DNA of 64,000 bases from positions 2,304,001-2,368,000 of the forward strand of contig OZ244065.1 in assembly GCA_965215505.1 (NCBI GenBank). The letters run 5' to 3'. The translations under genes and the position numbers were made by a program. The notes below the pieces were generated by a model, which did no database searches, was not told where the DNA came from, and saw nothing but the letters and a program-made list of their open reading frames with translations. Positions 27,654-37,006 of the stretch are shown piece after piece; the stretch's first letter is position 1, and each line of letters begins with the position of its first letter. Source of the stretch: Capsulimonadaceae bacterium. GTDB lineage: Bacteria; Armatimonadota; Armatimonadia; Armatimonadales; Capsulimonadaceae.

Positions 27654-28875
27654 AATCCGAGTCCCGCAGATGGGCGAGTCCGTCACCGAAGCCACCATCC
27701 TCCGCTGGCTCAAAAAGGAAGGCGAGACGGTCGCCGCCGGTGACCCCGTCGCCGAACTCGAAACCGACAAGGTGAACGTCGAAGTGCCCGCCGACTCGGC
27801 GGGCGTCATCCAGTCGTTCGCCCACGCCGAGGGCGACACGGTCGCCGTCGGCGACGTGCTCGCCATCGTCGGCGAGGCCGTCCGCAACGGGACCACTCCC
27901 GTTCCGCCCCCTCCCCCGCAGCCCCCAGATCCCGATCCGATAGCCACACCGCTCGCCCGGAAAATAGCCCAGGAGAACGGTGTAGACTTGAAGATGGTGA
28001 CGGGAACCGGCGAGGGGGGCAAGGTCACCCACATCGACGTCGAAAACTACATCAAGCAGAACACCGGCGGAACGACGACCGGGACGGGCACGGGAACGAC
28101 GACCGGGACGGGCACGGGAACGACGACCGGGACGGGCACGGGAACGACGACACAAGAACCCCCACCCACCCCCACCCGTCCCGAAGAGCGCGTCCGCATG
28201 ACGCGCCGCCGCCAGACGATCGCGACGCGGCTGGTCGAGGCCCAGCACACGGCGGCCATGCTGACCACCTTCAACGAGCTGGACATGACCGCCGTCATGG
28301 CGATCCGCGCCAAGCGAAAGGACACTTTCAAGGAGAAGAACGGCATCGGCCTGGGCTTCATGTCCTTCTTCACCAAGGCCAGCATCGGTGCGTTGAAGGC
28401 ATTCCCCCTGCTGAACGCCGAAATCCAGGGCCAGGAGATCGTCAAGAAGGGCTACTACGACATCGGCATCGCCGTCGGAGCCGAGGAAGGCCTGGTCGTC
28501 CCGGTCGTCCGCAACGCCGACAAGCTGACTTTCGCCGGCATCGAGAAGGAGATAGCGGGGCTTGCGGGCCGGGCCAAGAACAACACCCTGACCATCGAGG
28601 AGATGCGCGGCGGCACGTTCACCATCACGAACGGCGGCGTCTTCGGGTCGCTGATGTCCACGCCCATCCTGAACGCCCCCCAGGTCGCCATTCTGGGCCT
28701 GCACAAGATCGAGCCGCGCCCCATCGCTCTGAACGGCGAGGTCGTCATCCGCCCGATGATGTACGTCGCGCTGTCCTACGACCACCGCATCGTGGATGGC
28801 AGCGAGGCCGTCCGCTTCCTGGTCCGCATCAAAGAGCTGATCGAAGACCCCGAGGCGCTGCTGCTGGAAGGGTAG
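27643..28875 (+). CDS. sucB: 2-oxoglutarate dehydrogenase E2 (dihydrolipoyl succinyltransferase)
   Basis: Lipoyl ETDKVN, E3-binding GTGEGGKV, catalytic [10 protein letters not shown]. Confidence 0.96.
   Translation: MPVEIRVPQMGESVTEATILRWLKKEGETVAAGDPVAELETDKVNVEVPADSAGVIQSFAHAEGDTVAVGDVLAIVGEAVRNGTTPVPPPPPQPPDPDPIATPLARKIAQENGVDLKMVTGTGEGGKVTHIDVENYIKQNTGGTTTGTGTGTTTGTGTGTTTGTGTGTTTQEPPPTPTRPEERVRMTRRRQTIATRLVEAQHTAAMLTTFNELDMTAVMAIRAKRKDTFKEKNGIGLGFMSFFTKASIGALKAFPLLNAEIQGQEIVKKGYYDIGIAVGAEEGLVVPVVRNADKLTFAGIEKEIAGLAGRAKNNTLTIEEMRGGTFTITNGGVFGSLMSTPILNAPQVAILGLHKIEPRPIALNGEVVIRPMMYVALSYDHRIVDGSEAVRFLVRIKELIEDPEALLLEG
28069..28151 (+). repeat. Perfect 24-bp tandem repeat (~3.5 copies) in the sucB linker, encoding GTTTGTGT
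   Basis: GGAACGACGACCGGGACGGGCACG x3 plus a partial copy. Confidence 0.95.
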
Positions 28876-28890
28876 TCCTAGACGTAGGAG

Positions 28891-28921
28891 AGCCGCCCCG
28901 GCCTATGGCCGGAGCGGCTTT
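28891..28921 (+). terminator. Probable terminator after sucB
   Basis: AGCCGCCCCGGCC-tat-GGCCGGAGCGGCT followed by a short T-run. Confidence 0.6.
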
Positions 28922-28994
28922 CTGGTGTCCGTCAATGTGGCACGTTCAGGAGGGACCGGAAGCCATCGGGACGGCGAGACACACGGCGATGCCG

Positions 28995-29117
28995 AGCCGA
29001 GTGGTTAAAAACCACTCGCTCGGAGAAGCGTCCTGCGGACGGGCAAAGGCGGTGCGCGGGTCCAGTCTTGTGTCCGAAGGACACCTGGCCTAGCGAGTGG
29101 TTTTCAACCACTGGGCT
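28995..29117. repeat. REPIN/MITE-like element with 26-bp terminal inverted repeats
   Basis: AGCCGAGTGGTTAAAAACCACTCGCT vs reverse complement of AGCGAGTGGTTTTCAACCACTGGGCT (24/26); each arm is itself a hairpin. Confidence 0.75.
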
Positions 29118-29140
29118 TCTCCACCAGAAACCGTATCACC

Positions 29141-31792
29141 TCAGCCCGGTATGTCGAAATCGGTGTGGTCCTTCGTCGGGCTATCCTTCGTCTTGACCGG
29201 CTTGCCCTTCTTGTCTAACTGCACCGGCGGCGGCAGGAACTCGATGGCGGGAAGCTGGGTGCCGCTGGGGTGGAAGGGGACGCGGCTGAGGCAGAAGGCG
29301 TCAATCGCCAGGGCATAGCGGTTGTCGCGGGCGCGCGTTCCGGTGACGGTGATCGTCAGGGTGTGCTTGCCTCGGGCGAGGGTGGCGTCTCCGAAGTGGC
29401 TCCAGAGGAACCGCCCGGCGTACACGCCGCCTTCGGTCGGCACGTCCTCGGCCTGGTTCGCGCCGCCGTCGTCCACGGTGTAGGTGAACGGGGAGGAGTC
29501 GCGGGCGGGGCTTGCGGCCATCCACAGGGCGTAGGAGCCGCCGGCGTTGACGGAGAAGTCGTAGACGGCCCGGTAGCCGCCCCCGGCGTCGCCCGTGGAT
29601 GACGGCGGCAGGCGGTCGGTGTCCAGGGACAGGTAGGAGCCGCCCGAGGCTTCCGAGTCGGAGACGAGCGCGTCGAAGGTATGCGAGGACGCGCCCTCGG
29701 CTTCGAGCCAGACGAACGGCTGCAAGTCGCGCGTCATGTCGGCGACCAGCTTGGCGTAGGCGTTATAGCGCAGGTCCGCGTCCTGCGCTTTGACGGGGAT
29801 GGTGTTCCGCACCTGGAACAGCCGGTCCGCATACAGCTCGGTGGGCAGGCCCTGGTCCTTCGCCAGCGTGAGCAGGCGCGTCGCTTCCTTGTCCGCAGCG
29901 TCGGCGGCGTCCTCGGGCAGCGGCACGATCGCCACATGGCTGAAGACGATGGGGTCCGCGCCCACGGCGACCGTCCACTCGCCCTTCTTCTTGTCTATCT
30001 TCACCGGCATGCCGGCGGCGTCGGTGATGGCGGCGTTGGCGTCTTTGGCAAACGGGAACTTGGCCTGGGTCAGCGCGCCGTGGGGAGACCAGACGACGAA
30101 GCGCGGCAGCCGCCCGTCCGGGTCGGAGAGCTTGTAGGCCCGCAGGAGCGGGCCGAGCGAGAGCGAGTCGCCCGCCGAGAACAAGGCCCCCGCGCGGTAG
30201 GAGGGCAGCCACCAGACGCCGTCGGCCAGACGGCGCAGGCCGACCTGGAGGCCCGGCACCCCGGCGGGGTATGGCAGGACGCGCATCGGCTGCGCCAGCT
30301 CCGGGGCCTGGAACGAGAGCGAGGCCCCGTAATCGGCCAGCCGCCGCGCCGATTCGGGCGTGGCGGCGGGGGCGAAGAAGCCGCGCACCCCCGCCCCCTT
30401 CAAAGCGTCCCAGTCGGCATTCGCCGTCGCCGAGAGTGTTCCGCCAGGCTGGGCGGCGATGAGCCAGGTCGTCTTGGGCGTCTCCTCCGCCTGCGCGAAG
30501 GCATACGCGCCCGTGGCGACGTCGGCAACGCACAGCCCGTCGAAGCCGCCGCGCGCCTGCGGGTTGGTGAACAGGGCGCTGCGCCCACCCCAGCCGTAGA
30601 CGACCGGGGCGTCGGCGACGCCCTTCTTCAGAACGCCCGCCAGGGCGTTCATGTAGCCGCGCACGGACTCGAGCCGGAACTGCTGCATGTCGTCCCAGAC
30701 GTGGCCGCCGAGCGGGCGGTTGAGGACCTGGTACGGGACCTTCTTGATGGGGTCATAGATGTAGGGCGCACCCTTGCCCCCCGACCAGAGCGGCAGGGAG
30801 CGGGCGGCGACGGCGAAGTCGGGTAGGTCGTTGTTCTTGATGCCCCAGCTCCGGTACAGGTCATCCAGGTTATGGTTGTACTTCTTGGTCAGCCACGCCT
30901 CGAAGTCCAGCCGGTAGCCGTCGGTGGTCGGCACGACGTTCTCCACCTCGCCGTCGAACCCGATCCCGTCGCTGATCGGGTCCAGGAAGAACCGGAATCC
31001 CGGTCCCAGGTGGACGCGGCTAAAGAAGCCGAGCAGGCGGTCGCGGTACTCGTCGTAACCCTGCCACAAGTCCGGCAGGCGGCTCTCGGGCGTCCCCGGC
31101 AGGTACAGCCGCTGCGGATAGAGCAGCAGGACATCGCCCGAAGTCGGGTTATTGAGCGTCACCTGGGCCGTCTCGCCGCCCACGACCTGGGCCGTGCCGC
31201 TGTCTTCGATATCGCCGTCCTTGGGCGTCACCAGCACATAGAAGGCGTCGGCGAGGCTTGGGATGTGGCGGAACCGGGTCGGCCCCGTGGGGGCGGGCGA
31301 GGCGCTGCGGTAGACGGCGGGCTTGACGACGTACCCGATCAAGGGGTCTTTAGGAAAGTCCGCGATCCTCAGCCCGTAGTGGAAGCCGTTCGCGTCCAGA
31401 TAGTCCAGGACGCGCTGCGCCGCCGCCGGAGGCACATGCGTCAGCCCCTTCGCCCCCGCCGACAGCACCAGGTCATGCACGCCGCCCTTGCCCAACGCAT
31501 CCAGGGCCGCTTTGTCCTTCGCCCAATCGTCCTCCCCGCCCGCCCCCGTCCAGGATTGCGGCACAAAGACCGCCCCGGCGGGCAGGTAAGGCGCCCCCTC
31601 CCAGTTCAGCCCGTGCCCCTGCCCGATGCTCCACGCATGGCTGCCTCCGCGGGCGTCCTGGAACGTCCCGCTCGACTCGGGCTTCAGCAGGATCGGCGGC
31701 GGGGCCGGCGGCAGCAGGGGGGCGGCGTTGGCCGCACGCGCGGGGTGCGGCAGGAGCGCCAGGGTGAGGAGCAGGAGGGGCAGGTGTTTCAT
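29141..31792 (-). CDS. Secreted protein with a glycoside-hydrolase-like (GH42-like) barrel and C-terminal CBM-like domain
   Basis: Signal peptide; FEAWLTKKY...L..SWG motif; C-terminal WLEAE...ASGG...GSYALW...GKHTLTI...IDAFCL. Confidence 0.6.
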   Translation of the reverse strand: MKHLPLLLLTLALLPHPARAANAAPLLPPAPPPILLKPESSGTFQDARGGSHAWSIGQGHGLNWEGAPYLPAGAVFVPQSWTGAGGEDDWAKDKAALDALGKGGVHDLVLSAGAKGLTHVPPAAAQRVLDYLDANGFHYGLRIADFPKDPLIGYVVKPAVYRSASPAPTGPTRFRHIPSLADAFYVLVTPKDGDIEDSGTAQVVGGETAQVTLNNPTSGDVLLLYPQRLYLPGTPESRLPDLWQGYDEYRDRLLGFFSRVHLGPGFRFFLDPISDGIGFDGEVENVVPTTDGYRLDFEAWLTKKYNHNLDDLYRSWGIKNNDLPDFAVAARSLPLWSGGKGAPYIYDPIKKVPYQVLNRPLGGHVWDDMQQFRLESVRGYMNALAGVLKKGVADAPVVYGWGGRSALFTNPQARGGFDGLCVADVATGAYAFAQAEETPKTTWLIAAQPGGTLSATANADWDALKGAGVRGFFAPAATPESARRLADYGASLSFQAPELAQPMRVLPYPAGVPGLQVGLRRLADGVWWLPSYRAGALFSAGDSLSLGPLLRAYKLSDPDGRLPRFVVWSPHGALTQAKFPFAKDANAAITDAAGMPVKIDKKKGEWTVAVGADPIVFSHVAIVPLPEDAADAADKEATRLLTLAKDQGLPTELYADRLFQVRNTIPVKAQDADLRYNAYAKLVADMTRDLQPFVWLEAEGASSHTFDALVSDSEASGGSYLSLDTDRLPPSSTGDAGGGYRAVYDFSVNAGGSYALWMAASPARDSSPFTYTVDDGGANQAEDVPTEGGVYAGRFLWSHFGDATLARGKHTLTITVTGTRARDNRYALAIDAFCLSRVPFHPSGTQLPAIEFLPPPVQLDKKGKPVKTKDSPTKDHTDFDIPG

Positions 31793-31816
31793 GGGATTTA
31801 CAGCGTTTTTCGACGA

Positions 31817-32203
31817 TCAGAGAACAGACACCATGGGATAGGTGCGAATGGCGGCGTCCACGGTGACGAGGGTTAGTCCGTGTTGTATCGCCTGACCGAT
31901 GAGCAGACGGTCAAACGGGTCGCTATGCAAAAGAGGCAGGGCGGCGACTTGCGCTACATCTACTTCCTCAACGGAGAGGCTGATGATTTGGTGATATTCT
32001 CGCAATCGAGGTATGTACGTCTCAGGCGCTTCCGGAAGGGGCAGCTTTCCTGTGCTGTATTTGATGATCGCTTCCCACAATGAGACGACGCTGAGGTACA
32101 CCTCATTATCTGGATCACGGATTGCCTGGCTCCAAGCCTGAGTAAGCCTCTTGTCATTCGCGATGTACCACAAGAAAATGTGGGTGTCCAGCAGCAGTCT
32201 CAT
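31817..32203 (-). CDS. vapC: PIN-domain toxin (VapC family)
   Basis: MRLLLDTHIFLW, SVVSLWE, HSDPFDRLLIGQA, LVTVD. Confidence 0.93.
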   Translation of the reverse strand: MRLLLDTHIFLWYIANDKRLTQAWSQAIRDPDNEVYLSVVSLWEAIIKYSTGKLPLPEAPETYIPRLREYHQIISLSVEEVDVAQVAALPLLHSDPFDRLLIGQAIQHGLTLVTVDAAIRTYPMVSVL

Positions 32204-32451
32204 CTCCCCTCAAACTCCCGAAGGATCTCTTCGGGTAAGGGATCATCAAAATCATCCGGCACGACGAACTCGCCTTCTGCGAGGCCGATAGGACGCAGCG
32301 ACTTCGTTTTGCCTTCTTCAGCAGGCACGACTGGCTTGATCTCAGCAATGGGCTGACCATGTTGGGTCAACAAAAAAGTTTCCCCAGCTTTAGCATTCCG
32401 CAGGTAGCCAGCTAGATCGCTCTGTATCTCGTCAATGCTGATTGTTGTCAT
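32200..32451 (-). CDS. Phd/YefM-type antitoxin
   Basis: GETFLLTQHGQPIAEI and RPIGLAEGEFVVPDDFDDPLP; ATGA overlap with vapC. Confidence 0.9.
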   Translation of the reverse strand: MTTISIDEIQSDLAGYLRNAKAGETFLLTQHGQPIAEIKPVVPAEEGKTKSLRPIGLAEGEFVVPDDFDDPLPEEILREFEGR

Positions 32452-32465
32452 GGTTCTTTATCCCC

Positions 32466-32648
32466 TCAGTCTGCGGAGGCAATCACATCAGGCCCAAATG
32501 TCTCGACATGAAAAGCAATCGCCGACTTGACATCCGCAAGGGCTTCCTCATAGGTATCGCCTTCGCCGACCACGACGCCTGCAACGCCGAGCGGGTAGGC
32601 GACGTAGCCGTCTGAGTGTCTTTCCACCACGATGTCAATTTGCTTCAT
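32466..32648 (-). CDS. Short HicB-like antitoxin
   Basis: IVVE...GYVAY...GVVVGEGDTYEEALADVKSAI. Confidence 0.8.
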   Translation of the reverse strand: MKQIDIVVERHSDGYVAYPLGVAGVVVGEGDTYEEALADVKSAIAFHVETFGPDVIASAD

Positions 32649-32895
32649 GTGTCTGCTCCATGGGCTTTTCTGAGTGGGAATATGAGCCACCAACGCCATG
32701 CGCCCAGGAGTAGGGGAAGCCATGGTTTTGCCGCGCTTCAGCGACGACCTGAGCCAAAGGCTTGACACGCCCTGCCGCCGCTGCCTCTAGTCCGCGCGAA
32801 ATTCCGGCCCGGCTTTGTGCCATCTGCTCATCCGTCAGGTCATCGGGATTATCTGCAAGTGGATCGTCCGTCTCAGATGTTAGGTTGACGCTCAT
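32635..32895 (-). CDS. Antitoxin-like small protein (possibly internally deleted)
   Basis: AGISRGLEAAAAGRVKPLAQV resembles the C-terminal helix of ParD/RelB-like antitoxins. Confidence 0.5.
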   Translation of the reverse strand: MSVNLTSETDDPLADNPDDLTDEQMAQSRAGISRGLEAAAAGRVKPLAQVVAEARQNHGFPYSWAHGVGGSYSHSEKPMEQTHEAN

Positions 32896-32938
32896 GCCTT
32901 TCGAGTTCCTAATGCCCTAGGGTTGTAGGCAGGGCAAT

Positions 32939-33700
32939 TCAGATTGTGAGCGAATAGCTGCTGAGGATTTTGTGACATTGGCGAATAGTCCACACTAAAC
33001 GCTTAACATCATCATGTTTCCGAATGAGCCGCTCGGGGGCATGCGAAAGTGAGTTCCTCACTTTGTACAGCTCGGTGACTTCTTCGTCGCTCAATTCCAA
33101 CAATTTAAAGTGTATGGCAACTTGAAGCATCCTCTTCAAACTGAGTTCGTTCAACAAACTCCGATTGACGTCGTTTGATTTGTTTTTGTTGAAGCTTTTT
33201 ATGATCTTGTTTGCATCAGGCGTACCAAAAACTTTATGTAACACCTGCTCTTCGAGTCGATCTTGAATCAAGGAAATGATGTGGAACTCCACTGCCTGCA
33301 ACAGGATGTAGAAGGGCAGGTTGACTAAATGATGATTAAGGTCGGAGAAATGAACATACCCTTCGACGCCCCACTTACCCAAGACAAAGCAGAACTGCCG
33401 TTCAGCAAAAACATCTACAATGTCCAGGATACTGCATCCTGATCCTACTGCCATATCGAAGTCAATTGACTTTAGATCAGGGCAATCACGTTCAATGTAG
33501 CCAGTTATCTTCCCGCTTGCCTCCACAGGCACCAGATTGAAGTCATCATACTCTTCAAGCAAGCGGCAGCCCTCTTCCGACGTTTTTGCTTTGACCAACT
33601 TCTCTACGGGAACCATGATGTCCCGCACAGTAAATTGCGTCGCAAGACGCTGAAGCGTTTGCTCGATGCTTGATGTTCGTGGATGTGGCATGTCATTCAT
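32939..33700 (-). CDS. CBS-like domain + HEPN-like putative RNase
   Basis: TVRDIM...VPV..GKITG and V.G.V..SDL CBS-like motifs; C-terminal RNSLSH (Rx4H); AT-richer. Confidence 0.65.
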   Translation of the reverse strand: MNDMPHPRTSSIEQTLQRLATQFTVRDIMVPVEKLVKAKTSEEGCRLLEEYDDFNLVPVEASGKITGYIERDCPDLKSIDFDMAVGSGCSILDIVDVFAERQFCFVLGKWGVEGYVHFSDLNHHLVNLPFYILLQAVEFHIISLIQDRLEEQVLHKVFGTPDANKIIKSFNKNKSNDVNRSLLNELSLKRMLQVAIHFKLLELSDEEVTELYKVRNSLSHAPERLIRKHDDVKRLVWTIRQCHKILSSYSLTI

Positions 33701-33736
33701 GTTAGAGTTGAGACGTCCTCATTCTGTTGACCGGAA

Positions 33737-35191
33737 TCATTTTGATAGCTGGTCAGGGACTTTCATCTTGATTTCCTGCTGCTTTCCGTTTCGGAACAGT
33801 GCCACATTGATTTCGTGGCCCGCGTTAGCTTTGACTAGCCGCTTGAAATCGCTTAGGGAGGCAAACGTGACGCCTTGAGCGGAAATCAGTTGGTCGCCAC
33901 TCTTGAGGCCAAGTTTATCCGCTAAACTGCCCTTGGGTACAGTAAGCACCCCTAGCATATTCCCAAAGAAAAGGCCACTTCCAAGTTGAAAGCCAGTGCC
34001 GTCACCGCCATGGCGAAGGGCTTCCGCCACATCGGCGGGAAGAGAGTGAGAAAACGCCGGAGATTGCACGATGACTTTGATATCTTCAAGGGAAGTAGGT
34101 ACGGCACTGTTTGCAGCGGCGATTGATCTCGATATGGCGTCATTAGCAACAGGTGTCCATCCACCTGTGCTTTGAGCGCTATGAACCCCATCAATCATCA
34201 AATCCACTGCCTGAAGTTGGTGTGCCAGATTCGCCTGGAACCCAGTAGCGAGCCGCTGCCTTAAAGCATCTGTCGTAGTTACCCTGCTGAGTGCTTCCGA
34301 CTCCTCTTTGGCTTCTCCTTGTAGCTTATAAACAAAGGCAGGTACGCCGGATTTGAATCCGCCGTTCTTTGCGATTTCTTCTTGCCCCACGAACTGCATA
34401 GCCACCGCAAGGTCTTCAGCGGTCACAAAAGTTCGCGCGAGAAGTTTATCAAGATCATCGTTTGCGCCAGCCCCGGAGGTCGGCGTGACAACCACAGTTT
34501 CCTTGGCGCTTCCCCAAGGCTGCGTAGGCAGGCTTGCGTCTAGCCCGAGGACGTAAGTCGAAGGCACGGCAAAATTGAGGTTCTGCCCCTCCCGGAACTG
34601 AAACGACACGACACCAGTGACTTGGCCTTGTGCGTTAAAGAGAGGCCCCCCGCTATTTCCAGGCGAAGAGGGGCAAGAGAACTGGTAGTGATTGATACCG
34701 TCTGCGATTTGTATTTGACTCAGAAGGCCGCTTGTGATGCTGAACTCTAACCCTTCTGGTGCGCCAATAACGTAAGCGGCGGAGCCTACGTCGGGGGCAG
34801 TTGTGGCGACAGGCAAGAGAGCTTTGCCGAAAACTTTGACACGAATTAAAGCGATGTCACGTTTCTCATCCTTATCCACAAGCCCCGACGATTCGAACTC
34901 CTGGCCGTCTGAAAACTTGGCAGTGACTGTTTTAGCGTCACGAACGACATGCCAAGCGGTGACGGCCATGCCATCCTTAACCGCCATGAAGCCGGTTCCC
35001 AGAACATTGTCACCGTTGCTTTTCAGCACCTTCAGCGTCATCACTGAGGGTAAAGATTGTTTGTAGATGTCCTGCGACTTTAACTCATCTGCTAAAGCCA
35101 ACGAAGCTACTATGAGTAGCAGTGACACAGTTGACATTATGTGCTGAATTATACGTTGCACCGATTTTATGTTCCTTTTGTGTTGCTTCAT
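33737..35191 (-). CDS. Trypsin-like (S1C) serine protease with helical middle region and C-terminal PDZ
   Basis: Triad TAWHVV / RDIAL / GNSGGP; PDZ GSLADKLGLKSGDQL...RNGK; signal peptide. Confidence 0.9.
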   Translation of the reverse strand: MKQHKRNIKSVQRIIQHIMSTVSLLLIVASLALADELKSQDIYKQSLPSVMTLKVLKSNGDNVLGTGFMAVKDGMAVTAWHVVRDAKTVTAKFSDGQEFESSGLVDKDEKRDIALIRVKVFGKALLPVATTAPDVGSAAYVIGAPEGLEFSITSGLLSQIQIADGINHYQFSCPSSPGNSGGPLFNAQGQVTGVVSFQFREGQNLNFAVPSTYVLGLDASLPTQPWGSAKETVVVTPTSGAGANDDLDKLLARTFVTAEDLAVAMQFVGQEEIAKNGGFKSGVPAFVYKLQGEAKEESEALSRVTTTDALRQRLATGFQANLAHQLQAVDLMIDGVHSAQSTGGWTPVANDAISRSIAAANSAVPTSLEDIKVIVQSPAFSHSLPADVAEALRHGGDGTGFQLGSGLFFGNMLGVLTVPKGSLADKLGLKSGDQLISAQGVTFASLSDFKRLVKANAGHEINVALFRNGKQQEIKMKVPDQLSK

Positions 35192-35256
35192 GTGTGGCGA
35201 GAATTGACAGAACAGAAGGCCCAGGAAGATGGCTATTACGGCGTCTTGGAGCCTTC

Positions 35257-36960
35257 CTACATCCGCTCCGGCGCGGACAGGCCGAGCAGGGCCAGCACGT
35301 TCCGCAGGACGGTCTGGGTGGCGTGGACCAGGACCAGGCGGGCCTTCATGGTTTCCACGTCGTCGCAGACCACGCGGAGGGCGGTGGTGCGGTTGCCGGC
35401 GTCGTAGAAGGAGTGGAACAGGGCGGCCAGGTCGCGGGCGTACTGGACGATGCGCTGGGGGGCGTACTCGGACGCGGCCAGGACGACCTCGTTGGGCAGC
35501 TCGCTCAGTTTCTTGATCAGGTCGGTCTCGGCGTCTTCGGTCAGCAGGGACAGGTCGGCGTCTCCAGCGGCGGGGACGGAAACGCCCTTCTCGGCGCGCG
35601 CCTTGTCAATGGCCTGGACGATCCGGGCGTGGGCGTACTGGACGTAGTAGACGGGGTTGTCCTTCTCGGTCTTCCGGGCTAAATCTACGTCAATCTCCAG
35701 GGCGCTGTAGGGGGAGCGCATCAGGAAGAAGAACCGGGCGGCGTCTTTGCCGATCTCGTCAATCAGGTCGGCTTTTAGCTCCAGGATATTGCCCTTGCGC
35801 TTGGAGGACATGACGACCTCGCCGCCCTTGACGATGCTGACGAGCTGGTACAGCAGCACGTCCAGCCGGGCGGGGTCGTAGCCCAGGGCGGCCAGGCTCG
35901 CCTTGGTCCGGGCGACGTAGCCCGCGTGGTCGGCCCCCCAGACGTTGATGGCGCGGTCGAAGCCGCGGTCCAGCTTGTCCTTGCTGTAGGCCAGGTCCCC
36001 GGTCATGTAGGTGGGGGTGCCGTCGGAGCGCACCAGGACGCGGTCCTTGTCGTCACCGAACTCGGTGGACTTGAACCAGAGCGCGCCGTCCTTCTCGTAG
36101 GTGTAGCCGCGCTCCTGGATGCTCTCGATGGCCCGCGCGACGCGCCCGTCGGCGTGCAGAGTGGCCTCGCTGAACCAGGTGTCGAAGGTGACGCCGAAGG
36201 CGGCAAGGTCCGCCTTCTGCTGGGCGATCATGCCCTTCTCCGACAGGTCGCGGAAGGTGCGCGTGGTCTGCGGGTCGTCAATGTCGGCGTTCACGAACTC
36301 CTCGCCGTGGAGCGCCAGCACCTCGCGGGCCACGTCCAGGACGTAGTCGCCCCGGTACATCTCCTCCCACTCCTGGCCCGAATGCCCGAGCAGTTCCCGG
36401 TAGCGGAAGAAGACCGAGCGCCCGAAGTTGTTCATCTGGACCGAGTTCAGGGCGTCGTTGATGTAGTACTCGCGCGAGACCTCATTGCCCGCCGCCGCCA
36501 GCAGGGAGCAGAGCGTGTCGCCGATGGCGGCGTTGCGGCCCCCGGCCACGGTGATGGGGCCGTTCGGGTTGGTCGAGACGAACTCGACGACGATTCTTTG
36601 GCCGCCGGCCTCGGAGCGTCCGTAACTTGCGCCCTGCGCCTCGACGCGCCTGAGGATGTCGCCGAGCCAGTCCGGGCGCAGGCGCAGGTTGATGAAGCCC
36701 GGCCCGGCGATCTCCGCCCCGGCGATGAGGGCGTCGTCGCCGATGGGCAGGTGGCTGACGATGCGCGCGGCCACGTCACGCGGCGGCATGCCGAGGGTGC
36801 GGGCCAGCCCCAAGGCGACGCCCGTCGCCCAGTCGCCGTGCGCCTTCTGCTTGGGCATCTCCAGTGTGACGGCCGGGATCGTTTCGAGGGCTAGGTCGCC
36901 GTCCGCCCTGGCGGCTTCCAGTGCCTGCCCGATGATTCCCGCCAGTTGTTCCTTGATCAT
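35257..36960 (-). CDS. argS: Arginine--tRNA ligase
   Basis: HGDWAT, AGPGFIN, REYYIND, FGDDKDRV, WGADH, NPVYYVQYAHARI, C-terminal APERM. Confidence 0.96.
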   Translation of the reverse strand: MIKEQLAGIIGQALEAARADGDLALETIPAVTLEMPKQKAHGDWATGVALGLARTLGMPPRDVAARIVSHLPIGDDALIAGAEIAGPGFINLRLRPDWLGDILRRVEAQGASYGRSEAGGQRIVVEFVSTNPNGPITVAGGRNAAIGDTLCSLLAAAGNEVSREYYINDALNSVQMNNFGRSVFFRYRELLGHSGQEWEEMYRGDYVLDVAREVLALHGEEFVNADIDDPQTTRTFRDLSEKGMIAQQKADLAAFGVTFDTWFSEATLHADGRVARAIESIQERGYTYEKDGALWFKSTEFGDDKDRVLVRSDGTPTYMTGDLAYSKDKLDRGFDRAINVWGADHAGYVARTKASLAALGYDPARLDVLLYQLVSIVKGGEVVMSSKRKGNILELKADLIDEIGKDAARFFFLMRSPYSALEIDVDLARKTEKDNPVYYVQYAHARIVQAIDKARAEKGVSVPAAGDADLSLLTEDAETDLIKKLSELPNEVVLAASEYAPQRIVQYARDLAALFHSFYDAGNRTTALRVVCDDVETMKARLVLVHATQTVLRNVLALLGLSAPERM

Positions 36961-37006
36961 GTTGCTCCTAAGATACTCTCCCCGGCGCGAGTGCCGGGAG
37001 AGGAGG

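Noticed and set aside
28069-28151. Possible CRISPR array
   Set aside because: Contiguous in-frame tandem repeats without spacers; no cas genes
31817-35230. Prophage or integrative element
   Set aside because: No integrase, transposase, phage genes, tRNA or att repeats seen
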